DNA from: a virus
DNA: 64,000 bases
Reading direction: 5' to 3' (one strand)
IMG/VR virus record: IMGVR_UViG_3300036851_000321
Span: 1-64,000 of that record
Part shown: positions 55,047 to 64,000 of the stretch, piece by piece
How the letters are laid out: every line of letters begins with the position of its first letter
Position numbering within the stretch: position 1 is the first letter of the stretch
The notes under the pieces: model-generated
The model's input: the letters and a program-made list of their open reading frames with translations, nothing else
Database searches by the model: none
Told to the model about the DNA's origin: nothing
Translations under genes and position numbers: made by a program

Positions 55047-55538
55047 ATGCCCGCGCAAGTTCAAAAGGCCGCGTTCGACTTCCAATCGCAGACCGTCACG
55101 ATCGACCTCTGTGTCATCGAGGGCGATCAGCTGCGTCTGCTCCTGTCACTGCCCTTCGCGGACGGTGTTCGCGAGTGCAACTACACGGACACGGCAGAGT
55201 TCGAGGCCATGTACGGTTCGAATCGCCTACCTCAGGATTTCACGGACAGCGTGTTTTCGTTCGAGGGCTCGCTCACGTTCGAACGCTATTGGACCAACTA
55301 CATCGAAGACGTGCTCGAGGACTTGGGCATCGGGTACGCGATGGCGCGACTCAATATCGCGTCGAACCTTTACCGCGGCGGCAGCATCCCCGCGCGCCAA
55401 GACGTGCTCTGGAGCTGCAAGGTCAAGAGTTGGGAGTCTGCTTTCAAGCAGGGCCCCGAGGCCATGATGGTCCCACTCAGCCTGACGCCGCTCAACATCT
55501 ACCGGAACGGGCGCGACCCGTTCGGGAACACGCTCTGA
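55047..55538 (+). CDS. Tail tube protein
   Basis: 163 aa directly after sheath; beta-rich. Confidence 0.7.
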   Translation: MPAQVQKAAFDFQSQTVTIDLCVIEGDQLRLLLSLPFADGVRECNYTDTAEFEAMYGSNRLPQDFTDSVFSFEGSLTFERYWTNYIEDVLEDLGIGYAMARLNIASNLYRGGSIPARQDVLWSCKVKSWESAFKQGPEAMMVPLSLTPLNIYRNGRDPFGNTL

Positions 55539-55582
55539 CGAACAAGTAGACGCAATTTAGCGCCTACCACGGAGGCACACAC

Positions 55583-55945
55583 GTGGCAGACGAACAAACC
55601 CCCAGTCCATCCCCAGAACTCACGCCCGAAGAGCGGCGCCAGGTCGACGAGCTCAAGAAGAAGCACGGGCTCGTCCGTCCGATGCGGATCCATGGACGCC
55701 TCACGGTGTTCCGGAAGCCGACTCGCGCGGAGTGGGCCAGGTTCGAAGGCGAGCCGCGCAAACACCCGCCCGGGCGCTTCGACGAGTACACACACGAGGA
55801 CAATCTCATCCTCGCGATGTGTTGCGTCGGCGACGCGACGGCCATCCTCGAGGAAGCCCCGGCTCTCCACGACCTCTTGTTCCAGGCGGTGAAGGATCTG
55901 GCTTTCGGCCAGAGGGTGGACGTTCAACTCCTGGGAAAAGACTAG
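55583..55945 (+). CDS. Tail assembly chaperone (gpG-like)
   Basis: Between tube and tape measure; ends in slippery G GGA AAA. Confidence 0.75.
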   Translation: MADEQTPSPSPELTPEERRQVDELKKKHGLVRPMRIHGRLTVFRKPTRAEWARFEGEPRKHPPGRFDEYTHEDNLILAMCCVGDATAILEEAPALHDLLFQAVKDLAFGQRVDVQLLGKD

Positions 55946-56127
55946 AAACGGCCCGAAGCGACCTCCTAGAGGGCGCTCGGGCCGTTTTGGCTTTGTCGGG
56001 TACGTACGAGCGCGACGAGTACGGCGACCCCACCGAGGACGCGCTGCTCGGTGCGCTGATGGTGGCCGACGATCAAGCCACGAACGCGACGATCGCGCGG
56101 CTCATACACAAGGCCTGGTTCAAGTAA
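55933..56127 (+). CDS. -1 frameshift extension (gpGT-like)
   Basis: -1 frame open from slippery site to stop 1 nt before tape measure start. Confidence 0.72.
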   Translation, partial: GKRLETARSDLLEGARAVLALSGTYERDEYGDPTEDALLGALMVADDQATNATIARLIHKAWFK

Positions 56128-56128
56128 C

Positions 56129-57643
56129 GTGGCAGCCGACACCGCAGACTTCTACCTACGCCTGCATGAGCAGGTGAATGCGCCGGCGCGACGCGCAGAG
56201 GCGGCCGTGCGCCGTCTGTCGGGTGGGCTCGTCACGTCGCGACGGGAGCTCGGCCGCACGGAAGCGGCGATGCGCAAGCACTTCGCGCTGGAGCAGAAGA
56301 ACGCGGGCGACGTTGGGCCTGTTTTCGGCGGCAAGCTGTCCGCGTATGGCGTCGCCGCGATCACAGGCGCGGCACTTGCGGCCACGGCAGCAGTGGCGGC
56401 CATTGGCGTCTCTTTCGCCACCGCAACGGCGCACGCCCTCGACTTCGGCCAACGCTCCCGCCTGGCCTTCGGCTCCCTCATGGGCGACGCCCGCCTGGGG
56501 CGCGAGGAGTTCAACTTCGTCCGCGGCGAAGCGCAGCGGCTGGGCCTCGACATCGAGGATACGACCGACGACTACCGGAAGCTCCTCGCTGCCCAATTCG
56601 AGGTAGGCCAGGCTCGCGAGCTGCTCCGCGCGTCCGCCGACATGCAGGCGCTCGGCGCCACGGCCGACGACGTGAAGGGCATCCTTCGCGCGATCAGCCA
56701 GATCAAGATGAAGGGCGTCCTCCAGGCGGAGGAGCTCACGGGGCAGCTCGCCGATCGCGGCATCTCGGCTGAGCTCGTTTACCGAGAGCTAGAAAAGCGG
56801 CTTGGCAAGACTCGCAAGGAGATCCTTGCGATGCAGAAGGGCAAGGAGATCACCTCCGAGTTCGCCATCCCCGCGATCATCCAAGCGATCAAGATCAAGG
56901 CTCACGAGGAGAACGTCGGCGACATAGCGACCAAGTTCGCGAGCACGAAGATCAGCGGCATGCTCGCCCAGATGAAGGGGGCGATCAAAAACACCCTCAT
57001 CGACATCGGGAGCGAACTTGAGGCGCCGACGACGAACCTCGTGGCGCGCATATTCGAGGACTTCCAGCGGGACCTCCCGATCATCAAGAACACGATGAGC
57101 GTCGTCGCCAACGAGATGTTCTTCCTGCTCTCCGCGGGTGCCGACAAAGTCAAAAACGACATCGGGGGACTGGGCAACGTTGCGCTCTTCCTCGGCGAAG
57201 CCTTCTTCTTCGCAGAAGACGCCGTGCGGGCGCTCTTCTACGCGTTCTCGCCCCTCAAGGTGGTGCTCGCCGGTATCGAGGCTCTCGTGTTCGCGATTCA
57301 GGGTGATTTCGACATGGCGGCGAAGGCCGGGAAGGCTTTCATGACGGGCCGCTCGGACGTTTCGCGCTGGAACATCGCCACCTCGGAGGAGCGCATCGCT
57401 GAGCGCATGGATCTGAACACCCGCGCGGAGGCGCTCAGGCTCCGCGGCACGACCGCTGGACTCGAGAATCGCGGCGTGGCGTCAGCCCCGGGCGCGGCTG
57501 GCGGCAAAGTCGTCAACATCGGCACCCTGAACCAGACGACCAACGTCGAAGCGGTCGATCACAAGGGCGACCCGAACGCGGCCGGTGAAGAGGTCGGCGC
57601 CGCGGCCCTCAAGAAGTTTCTCGGCGCGATCGAGACCGCCTGA
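56129..57643 (+). CDS. Tape measure protein
   Basis: AISQIKMKGVLQAEELTGQLADRGI tape-measure motif; helical, Ala-rich. Confidence 0.85.
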   Translation: MAADTADFYLRLHEQVNAPARRAEAAVRRLSGGLVTSRRELGRTEAAMRKHFALEQKNAGDVGPVFGGKLSAYGVAAITGAALAATAAVAAIGVSFATATAHALDFGQRSRLAFGSLMGDARLGREEFNFVRGEAQRLGLDIEDTTDDYRKLLAAQFEVGQARELLRASADMQALGATADDVKGILRAISQIKMKGVLQAEELTGQLADRGISAELVYRELEKRLGKTRKEILAMQKGKEITSEFAIPAIIQAIKIKAHEENVGDIATKFASTKISGMLAQMKGAIKNTLIDIGSELEAPTTNLVARIFEDFQRDLPIIKNTMSVVANEMFFLLSAGADKVKNDIGGLGNVALFLGEAFFFAEDAVRALFYAFSPLKVVLAGIEALVFAIQGDFDMAAKAGKAFMTGRSDVSRWNIATSEERIAERMDLNTRAEALRLRGTTAGLENRGVASAPGAAGGKVVNIGTLNQTTNVEAVDHKGDPNAAGEEVGAAALKKFLGAIETA

Positions 57644-58383
57644 TGAAGCTCACGCGGCGGGCGTTCCTTCTGGCGCCACTCGCCGCCTTCGTCACCACCG
57701 AAAACACCCACGCAATGGCCGCCACCGAACCCGCCGGCACGCCCGCATGGGACGGCTCGCACGCGAATTCCAAGGACTGGGACAACCCCATCCTCGGCGA
57801 AGCGAAGCTCCCGGGCTTCTGGTCCGTGCAGGGCCTCAAGCTCGCCATCGAGGTGCAGACCAAGAAGGCGAAGGGTAGCGACCAGCCGACGAGCAAAGAC
57901 CTCGGCTCGGAGTCGTCGAAATTCAAGCTCGTCGGCGAGATGAACACGAGCCACCTCGCGGCCTACGAGGGCGTGCTCACACAGATCAATCCGCGGCGCC
58001 CAGGTCGTGAACGTGCGCCGGTCGGCATCATTCACCCCCTTGTAAACCTTCACGGCATCGTCGCCGTCCGCATTCTATCGATCGATACCGACCAACCGAA
58101 AGCCGGCAAACCCTGGGTCGTCACGATCCACCTCGAGGAGTGGTTCGACGCACCCAAGGAAACGAAGAACGTGAAGAAGCTCCAACCGCCCGCGGGCCGC
58201 GGATCGATGACCAATCGCGAGGCGGCAAACGTCCTACTAGCGGACAAGCTGGCGCGCGATGCGATTGAGCGGAATCGAAGGGACGGGCTGAAAAACTTGA
58301 GTGCGATGCCCGACAACCCCGAGACGGTCATGGACAGCTTCAACGACGACGATCTCGGCGCTGGCGGCGGCAGAGGATTCTAG
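57643..58383 (+). CDS. Probable tail tube initiator/baseplate protein
   Basis: Follows tape measure; alternative start at 57715. Confidence 0.55.
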   Translation: MKLTRRAFLLAPLAAFVTTENTHAMAATEPAGTPAWDGSHANSKDWDNPILGEAKLPGFWSVQGLKLAIEVQTKKAKGSDQPTSKDLGSESSKFKLVGEMNTSHLAAYEGVLTQINPRRPGRERAPVGIIHPLVNLHGIVAVRILSIDTDQPKAGKPWVVTIHLEEWFDAPKETKNVKKLQPPAGRGSMTNREAANVLLADKLARDAIERNRRDGLKNLSAMPDNPETVMDSFNDDDLGAGGGRGF

Positions 58384-59964
58384 TTGGCGCTCTCACTCAC
58401 GCAGCGAAAGAAGATCGAGGCCGCGGTCGGCATCGCCGTCGAAAAGGCGATCCCGGCGGAGCTCTCGGCTCAGCTCTCGCTCGACGCTACAGCCCTCGCG
58501 TCACTCGGCGGCGCCCTCACCACTTCCGTTCGGTCAAAGCTTGCGGCCGAGCTCGGGATCGGCGCGGTCGCGACCGTCGGGACTGGTGTCGAGGTGACCG
58601 GCGCGGTGAGTCTGAATGCCTCCGTGTCAGCTGGAGCCGCTTCGCCCACGTTCGGAGTCGCCGCCGTCGGGCGCCTGCAATCGAGCCTAAACGCCAAGCT
58701 GACGGCCGCCATCGAGGCCTCGCTCCTCGGCATCGGCCTATCAACGTCCGAGCGAGAAGAGGCGCGCCGAACCCTCACGCCGAGGCTCACCGATGCCCTC
58801 GCGCGCGGTGTCCGCTCGGCCGTCGCCTCGCCGACCGCCTACCCGAGCGGCGCCGGGGCACCAGTTCTCGACGCCGAGGTGACGATGCAGCGCGTCGGCA
58901 CGTGGCACGCCGAGGTGACGCTCGATCTCGACGAGGAACAGGCGCCGAGCGGGCTTCTCGTCTTCCAGATCGATGGCATCGAGTTTCGCGGGACCGTTTT
59001 GCCGTCCCGCTCCGGCGCGCACGCAGGCAAGACGAAGGTCAAGGTCGTTGGTGGAGCCGGCGGTCTCCAGCGCGACCTCGACCCACGAAACTACGCGGGC
59101 GGCGTCACGCGCGTGCGGACGGTCGTGGCGGACATCCTCCGGGATGCCGGCGAAACGCTCTCCACCGAGTCGCAGGCGTCTGTCCTCGACGCCCAGATCC
59201 CCGCCTGGCAGCGCTCGAAGGGCCCCGGGCAAGTGGCGCTCACCAAGCTACTCGACCGGCAGGGCGCGACGTGGCGCACGCTCCGTGACGGCACCATTTG
59301 GGTCGGCGTGGACGGTTGGCCCGAGGTCACCCCGACCGGCGTCGTGACGGACGAGGATTGGGCTACGGGATCGATCACCATCGAACCGAACGAGCCCAGC
59401 ATCGTTCCCGGCGTCATCTGCCGAGGGCAGCGCGTCGAGTCCGTTACGCACCGGGTCGGGCGCCGCGGGTCCACGCAAGAGCTGAATGCCAACGGCGTGC
59501 GGTCAGCAATGGACGCGTTTCTCAGGCGCATCCGCTCCGAGACGGAGTATGCCTACCGGTACCGCTGCAAAGTGGACCGACAGAAGGCGAGCGGCCGGGT
59601 CGACGTCACGGTCACGGACGACCGCATGAAGGGGCGCGGCGTCGGTGACTGCAACGTCCGCGTCGGCATCCCGATCGCGACGCTCAAGCTGCTCCCCGGT
59701 GCGACTTGCTTGGTTGGCTGGGAAGATGGTGATCCGGCGATACCGTACGTAACGGGTTTCGACCAAGGGGCGTTCGCGACGAGCATTCAAGTCGGCGACC
59801 AGGCGCGCGGGGCGGCTTACGTGGGTGGCACAGTCACGGTCCCCTGGCCGCCTGTTTTGCCATTCTCGGGCACGGTTGGCGGCGCTCCCGCGGTGGGCGT
59901 GATCACGGTCGTAGAGGCCGGCGTTGGCATCATCGAGACGGGCTCTGACCAGCTCTTGGTGTAG
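58384..59964 (+). CDS. Baseplate hub fused to spike-like domain
   Basis: WRTLRDGTIWVGVDGWP hub-like segment; PGATCLVGWEDGDPAIPYV gpV-like segment. Confidence 0.65.
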   Translation: MALSLTQRKKIEAAVGIAVEKAIPAELSAQLSLDATALASLGGALTTSVRSKLAAELGIGAVATVGTGVEVTGAVSLNASVSAGAASPTFGVAAVGRLQSSLNAKLTAAIEASLLGIGLSTSEREEARRTLTPRLTDALARGVRSAVASPTAYPSGAGAPVLDAEVTMQRVGTWHAEVTLDLDEEQAPSGLLVFQIDGIEFRGTVLPSRSGAHAGKTKVKVVGGAGGLQRDLDPRNYAGGVTRVRTVVADILRDAGETLSTESQASVLDAQIPAWQRSKGPGQVALTKLLDRQGATWRTLRDGTIWVGVDGWPEVTPTGVVTDEDWATGSITIEPNEPSIVPGVICRGQRVESVTHRVGRRGSTQELNANGVRSAMDAFLRRIRSETEYAYRYRCKVDRQKASGRVDVTVTDDRMKGRGVGDCNVRVGIPIATLKLLPGATCLVGWEDGDPAIPYVTGFDQGAFATSIQVGDQARGAAYVGGTVTVPWPPVLPFSGTVGGAPAVGVITVVEAGVGIIETGSDQLLV

Positions 59965-59967
59965 CCC

Positions 59968-60501
59968 GTGGCCGCCACCTACGTAGCGGGCGGCTCAATC
60001 GGGACGCTGCTCCCGATGACGATGCAAGGCGTCATCGCGCTTGAGTCATCGACGGCGCTGATCCTGCCACAACTGGCGGCAAAACTCGCGGGCGCCCTCA
60101 AGTCGCAACTCGCGCTGGTGCTGAAGCCGCCGGGCGTCGTCGCAAGCATCGACGTTGCGACCCGCGTCCTGGCGAGCTTGAACCTAGCCATCACGGCACC
60201 GGGCGCCGTCGTGGACTTTTCCGCGATTGCCGCGTTGATCGCTGAAGTGGTCGCCGCGATTGCAGGACTCTCGGCGTCGGCAGCCCTGGCTGTCGAACTC
60301 ACCGCCACGCTAGGGCGCGCCGGAATTCATCTGATCACGCTCGAGGGGCGCGTCGGTGACTGGTCGAATGATCTCGGGACCATCACAAACGGTGGCCTTC
60401 CCGGCGGAACCGCCGATGACCAAGGCTTCGCGCTCGTGCTCGCTTGCGGAGCTGACCCGGGCACGATCGCGACCCTGAAGCTCGTCGCGGGTCTCGCGTG
60501 A
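59968..60501 (+). CDS. Hydrophobic Ala/Leu-rich tail-region protein
   Basis: Position and composition. Confidence 0.55.
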   Translation: MAATYVAGGSIGTLLPMTMQGVIALESSTALILPQLAAKLAGALKSQLALVLKPPGVVASIDVATRVLASLNLAITAPGAVVDFSAIAALIAEVVAAIAGLSASAALAVELTATLGRAGIHLITLEGRVGDWSNDLGTITNGGLPGGTADDQGFALVLACGADPGTIATLKLVAGLA

Positions 60502-61481
60502 CCGACTGGGCCGAGGTCGCCGGAGCGATTGAGGCGCAGCTTCCGAGCGAGACGGGCTTCCGTGTCCCGCACGGCGAAGCGCTCGCGGACAGGCTGCGAA
60601 CGTACGGCGCTTTTCGCGACGAGCTCGAGCGGGAGAAGGCATACGACGAGGCCGTTGCGGCGACGCAGGCGATCGATCCTATCGAGCCGACGCCCGCCGT
60701 TTCGGCGACGCTCACGATCGGCGGGCTCACCCTGACCGCCCGTCCGCCCGGGGCGAGCGGCAACGGGATCGCGGTCACCGTAGCGAACGGAGCCGCCGCA
60801 TCGTTCACTGTCGCGCCAATCGATCCGGACATCGCCGAGCAGCACCGGCAATCGGCCATCACCGCGCTATCTGGCACCATTGAGCATCTCTCCACAGACC
60901 CGGCGCTCGCTGCGTTGCAGCAAGAGGCCGCCGCGTACCTCGGATCACTCGATCCTGGGACGCGCGCCCGAGCCGAAGAGATCATCACCGAGCGGTGGCC
61001 AGACTACCGGGTGGCACGAGCTGGGCTTGCCGTGCCTCGTGAGCGCAAAAAGCTTGAGGATGCGCTCGACTCCCTGGGTCTCGACGCCGAAGTGAAGACT
61101 TCCGCGCTCCAGACGTGGGACGCGCGCGATACGGCGTTTGCGGAAGCGGCTCAGCAGGTTTTCACGCTCACGATCTCGCAGGGCGAGGTCATCGAAACCT
61201 ATTCTGAGGTCGTGCCGGGCTACGACTTTCGGATTGCATCGTCGGTACTCATTCAATCGGCCGCGTGGGACGGGAACACGAGGCCTCCGAACGGAACCTA
61301 CGCTCTTGCCGCTGGCGTGAACGGAACGCCTGGCCGCGCCGGCAGAAAAGCGCCGAAGCCCATCGGGGAATACGTGTTTCACGTGGACTCCGAGCGGGTG
61401 TTTACTCTCGAGGAGCTTCGGGAGATCGTGGCTCAGGCGATCGAGGGTGGGCGGGAGTGGCTTGCTGGTTCCGGCGCGTGA
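60498..61481 (+). CDS. Hypothetical tail-region protein with sheath-like segment
   Basis: LTLTARPPGASGNGIAVTV...LAAGVNG. Confidence 0.55.
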   Translation: MTDWAEVAGAIEAQLPSETGFRVPHGEALADRLRTYGAFRDELEREKAYDEAVAATQAIDPIEPTPAVSATLTIGGLTLTARPPGASGNGIAVTVANGAAASFTVAPIDPDIAEQHRQSAITALSGTIEHLSTDPALAALQQEAAAYLGSLDPGTRARAEEIITERWPDYRVARAGLAVPRERKKLEDALDSLGLDAEVKTSALQTWDARDTAFAEAAQQVFTLTISQGEVIETYSEVVPGYDFRIASSVLIQSAAWDGNTRPPNGTYALAAGVNGTPGRAGRKAPKPIGEYVFHVDSERVFTLEELREIVAQAIEGGREWLAGSGA

Positions 61482-61581
61482 CGAAGTAAACGATCGCGAC
61501 GATGCCGGCGACCGGGGCGACGCACGCGGCAAGTACCACAAGGATCACGAGCAGCCAGTGAACCGCCGACAGTGTCCCCAT
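61402..61581 (-). CDS. 59-aa membrane protein with TatA-like N-terminus (not in ORF track)
   Basis: MGTLSAVHWLLVILVVLAACVAPVAGIVAIVYFVTRR...; TGATG coupling. Confidence 0.55.
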   Translation of the reverse strand: MGTLSAVHWLLVILVVLAACVAPVAGIVAIVYFVTRRNQQATPAHPRSPEPRSPEAPRE

Positions 61582-62531
61582 CAGAGAAAACTCACGTCAT
61601 CGACCCAGAGCTCGACGTCTGGGCCGCCTGAGACGAACATCACGCCGATCACCGACTCCACATCAAAGGCGCGCGGCTCACCCGTCGGCTGCGGCTTCAT
61701 CGGTGGCGTCCCGATCACCTGGTCGCCACGGAGTTCCTCCCACGTAACGCTCGCTTGGGTCCACGACTCTGCCGCGGCAAAACCCTTGCCGCGGGATTCT
61801 GCGGGAGGCCACGACGGGTCGACAACGACCACAACCCGAACCGCCGCGCCGCGGTATCGGAAGGTGAGCCCGGCATACGTTGAAACGTCGTACGGCTTTG
61901 GGGTGTCGCCGCATCGGTGCAAGTCGAATGCGACCCATGCCTCCAAGCAGTCGAAGCCCGAGGTTGTAGCGGCGAGATTCCCGTCCCCATCTTCTTCCGG
62001 CGTGAGCTCGCCGGTTGTCTGCAGGCACAGGCCCGGCGACGAGTTACCGGCCGACCAGATGCCGAAGCGAGCGGGCGGCTCCGGGTCGCGCTCCCCGTTC
62101 CCCACGATACCGTCCCCGTCCTCTAGATCGTCGATTGTCTTGTAGCCCGGCGAGCCGTAGGCAAGCCCGCACTGCTCGGCACCAGCCGCCCCAGCGGTGT
62201 CCATGCCCGCCATGCCCGCCATGGGCTCTCCAGCTGAGCCACCGCTTCCACCCATGGGCGGCTCTCCCCCGGTGCCAGCGACATCACCAGCGCGGCCGCC
62301 ATTGCCCGCCGCGGTCTCTCCGGAATTACCCGCGCCACCGGTTGAACCGGCGCCGGCCATCTGCGCCCCGCCGCTCCCCGCCTGCTCTCCCGCGGTACCG
62401 CCCGCACCGGCGAGACCGGCACTACCAGCGAGGCCTTCGCCCGCTGAGCCCGCTCCACCACGTGGTCCGTCTCCCGCGCTGAAGGATGAGCCGCAGCCGA
62501 GCAGGAAGAGTGCTGTACCCAGCAGCCTCAC
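61581..62531 (-). CDS. Lipoprotein with Gly-rich linker and carbohydrate-binding-like domain
   Basis: MRLLGTALFLLG-C lipobox; GGSAG linker; IDDLEDGD...YDVSTYAGLTF...LWVDDVSF (CBM11/CIA30-like). Confidence 0.75.
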   Translation of the reverse strand: MRLLGTALFLLGCGSSFSAGDGPRGGAGSAGEGLAGSAGLAGAGGTAGEQAGSGGAQMAGAGSTGGAGNSGETAAGNGGRAGDVAGTGGEPPMGGSGGSAGEPMAGMAGMDTAGAAGAEQCGLAYGSPGYKTIDDLEDGDGIVGNGERDPEPPARFGIWSAGNSSPGLCLQTTGELTPEEDGDGNLAATTSGFDCLEAWVAFDLHRCGDTPKPYDVSTYAGLTFRYRGAAVRVVVVVDPSWPPAESRGKGFAAAESWTQASVTWEELRGDQVIGTPPMKPQPTGEPRAFDVESVIGVMFVSGGPDVELWVDDVSFL

Positions 62532-62935
62532 GTCAGGCTCCGGACGAACTCGCAGACGCGGCGCATCAGCGCGGCATTCACCGACGAGCCCATGAAACGC
62601 CGGTTCATTGCGGCGGTGCCGGGCCGGTCGACGCGACCGGCGCCGATGATCCGGAAGTGCCACCCGATCAGGGCACCATGCCGAACCTCGACCACACGGT
62701 CCGTGTCGCGGACTCGGTAGAAGGCCGTCTGCTCGTCACCGTCCTGAACATCGTCAAGGAGCGGCAGATCCCCAGTGGGAATACTGGGCTCACTCGCCTC
62801 CCACTCGGTCTGCTCAAGCTCAGCCTTCAGGCGCGCGCCGTCTATCTCCGCCGCCATGTTCTGCAAAGCATTGCGCGCCTCAGAGGAAGAGCGTCCGAAG
62901 TCGCGGCAAGCGTCCAAAAACTCGTCGCGGCTCAT
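62528..62935 (-). CDS. Hypothetical moron protein
   Basis: ATGA/GTGA coupling. Confidence 0.55.
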   Translation of the reverse strand: MSRDEFLDACRDFGRSSSEARNALQNMAAEIDGARLKAELEQTEWEASEPSIPTGDLPLLDDVQDGDEQTAFYRVRDTDRVVEVRHGALIGWHFRIIGAGRVDRPGTAAMNRRFMGSSVNAALMRRVCEFVRSLT

Positions 62936-63135
62936 TCGTAAAGCCCCCGAATACACCGCTCGCGAGCCCACTTCGTCGGCCGCTCCGCACACCTTCTGAC
63001 CGCGCGTTCCCAGCTCCACCGGTCTCCGTGGCTCTTCCACGAGTCCGGCATGGGCGGGATCACTACGTCGTAGGCGAGCGCGCTCCCGGCGCTCAGCGCC
63101 ATTGCAACCATGAACCCCATCGCTATTGTTCGCAT
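62932..63135 (-). CDS. Small secreted protein
   Basis: Signal peptide MRTIAMGFMVAMALSAGSALA; two Cys. Confidence 0.55.
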   Translation of the reverse strand: MRTIAMGFMVAMALSAGSALAYDVVIPPMPDSWKSHGDRWSWERAVRRCAERPTKWARERCIRGLYE

Positions 63136-63211
63136 GTCGGGACTAACTCTCCCGGCCGGGCCCGGGCTGCTGAACACAGTGCCGGGCCGACCTACATTCA
63201 AAGTGTAGCCG

Positions 63212-63667
63212 ATGGCCCGCGTTTTCTCCACGCAGGCCGAGATTTCGGCCGCAAAAGCCCTGCTCGCCTCGGGGGATCGCTCCGCCGCCGCGACGGTTGA
63301 CCTGTTCCACGATGGCGACATCACGCCCGAGTGCCCGGAAGTGGCCGGGCCGATCGCGCTTGCTCAGCGGATCGCGCGCCGACTCCGGACCTCCAACGGG
63401 TTCTTCCCGTGGTGGCCAAACGAGGGCCTCAACGTCTCCGACTACCTGCTTTCTCGTGCGCCAACCTGGCAGATCGAGAACCAGATCAAAGAAGAGGTGA
63501 AGCGCGATCAGGGCGTCGTCGACGCGGTCGTGATCGCGACGCTTTCCTCCGGCGGTCGCGATCTCCGCGTCGAGATCTTTGTCTCGTCAGTCTTTGGTCC
63601 GCTTGAGCTGACGATGACAGCAAGCGAAGCGAGCTCGAAGCTGCTCGACATCCGCCGCGCTGCGTAA
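63212..63667 (+). CDS. Baseplate wedge protein (gp25/gpW-like)
   Basis: LAQRIARRLRT..G...GLNV..YL...EVKRDQGV. Confidence 0.7.
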   Translation: MARVFSTQAEISAAKALLASGDRSAAATVDLFHDGDITPECPEVAGPIALAQRIARRLRTSNGFFPWWPNEGLNVSDYLLSRAPTWQIENQIKEEVKRDQGVVDAVVIATLSSGGRDLRVEIFVSSVFGPLELTMTASEASSKLLDIRRAA

Positions 63668-63672
63668 CCCCG

Positions 63673-64000
63673 ATGGCAAGTCTCAACTGGAACGACCTCG
63701 TCGAGCTCACCGAGGAGGAAGGGCAGCAAGATGTGCTTTCGCTCCTCGAAGATCAGGGGCTCACGGCGACGGCATGGCAGCCATTCTCGATCGCGCCGAT
63801 CGTCACATTCCTCGGCGCCGAGATCATGGTGCGCGGCTCGAAGGTCGGGGTGCTCATCAAGGAGTCGCACCACCCGGACACGGCGACCAATGACGCCCTA
63901 AAGCGGGTATTCAGCGGCTTCTATAACAAGGAGCACGAGCCGGCCGTCGAGGCTCAGCTGCTCGTCACGCTCTCGTGTCTTGCGACGAGCGGCCCACATA
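63673..64000 (+). CDS. Baseplate J-like protein, 3'-truncated
   Basis: MASLNWNDLV...GLTATAWQ...; frame open to window end; follows wedge gene. Confidence 0.6.
   Translation, partial: MASLNWNDLVELTEEEGQQDVLSLLEDQGLTATAWQPFSIAPIVTFLGAEIMVRGSKVGVLIKESHHPDTATNDALKRVFSGFYNKEHEPAVEAQLLVTLSCLATSGPH

Overview
The window reads as most of the genome of a high-GC temperate, contractile-tailed phage, probably infecting a myxobacterium (Polyangiaceae-like SSB and lipoprotein style; inference). Left to right: the end of a + strand gene run (receiver domain, membrane protein), a 4.39-kb IS1-family element with perfect 18-bp TIRs, an 8-bp TSD and passengers including a lone trpC, a ParB + ABC-ATPase/GNAT (Mom-like) module, a long leftward early operon (RadC, ASCH, RecET-like, many small genes), a cI/cro switch with paired operators, and a rightward operon with HNH genes, a tyrosine integrase carrying an intact tRNA-Thr(CGT)-derived attP inside its ORF (so this looks like the unintegrated form), three DNA methyltransferases, TnpB, replication genes, then terminase, portal, capsid and Mu/P2-like tail genes. 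The top finding is a catalytically intact, transposase-less TnpB. Its omegaRNA guide position holds what looks like the original 3' end of the gene immediately upstream, and that gene now ends in a recoded copy. This is the architecture expected of an RNA-guided homing endonuclease or inter-phage gene drive. All calls come from reading motifs by eye; no database searches were run.
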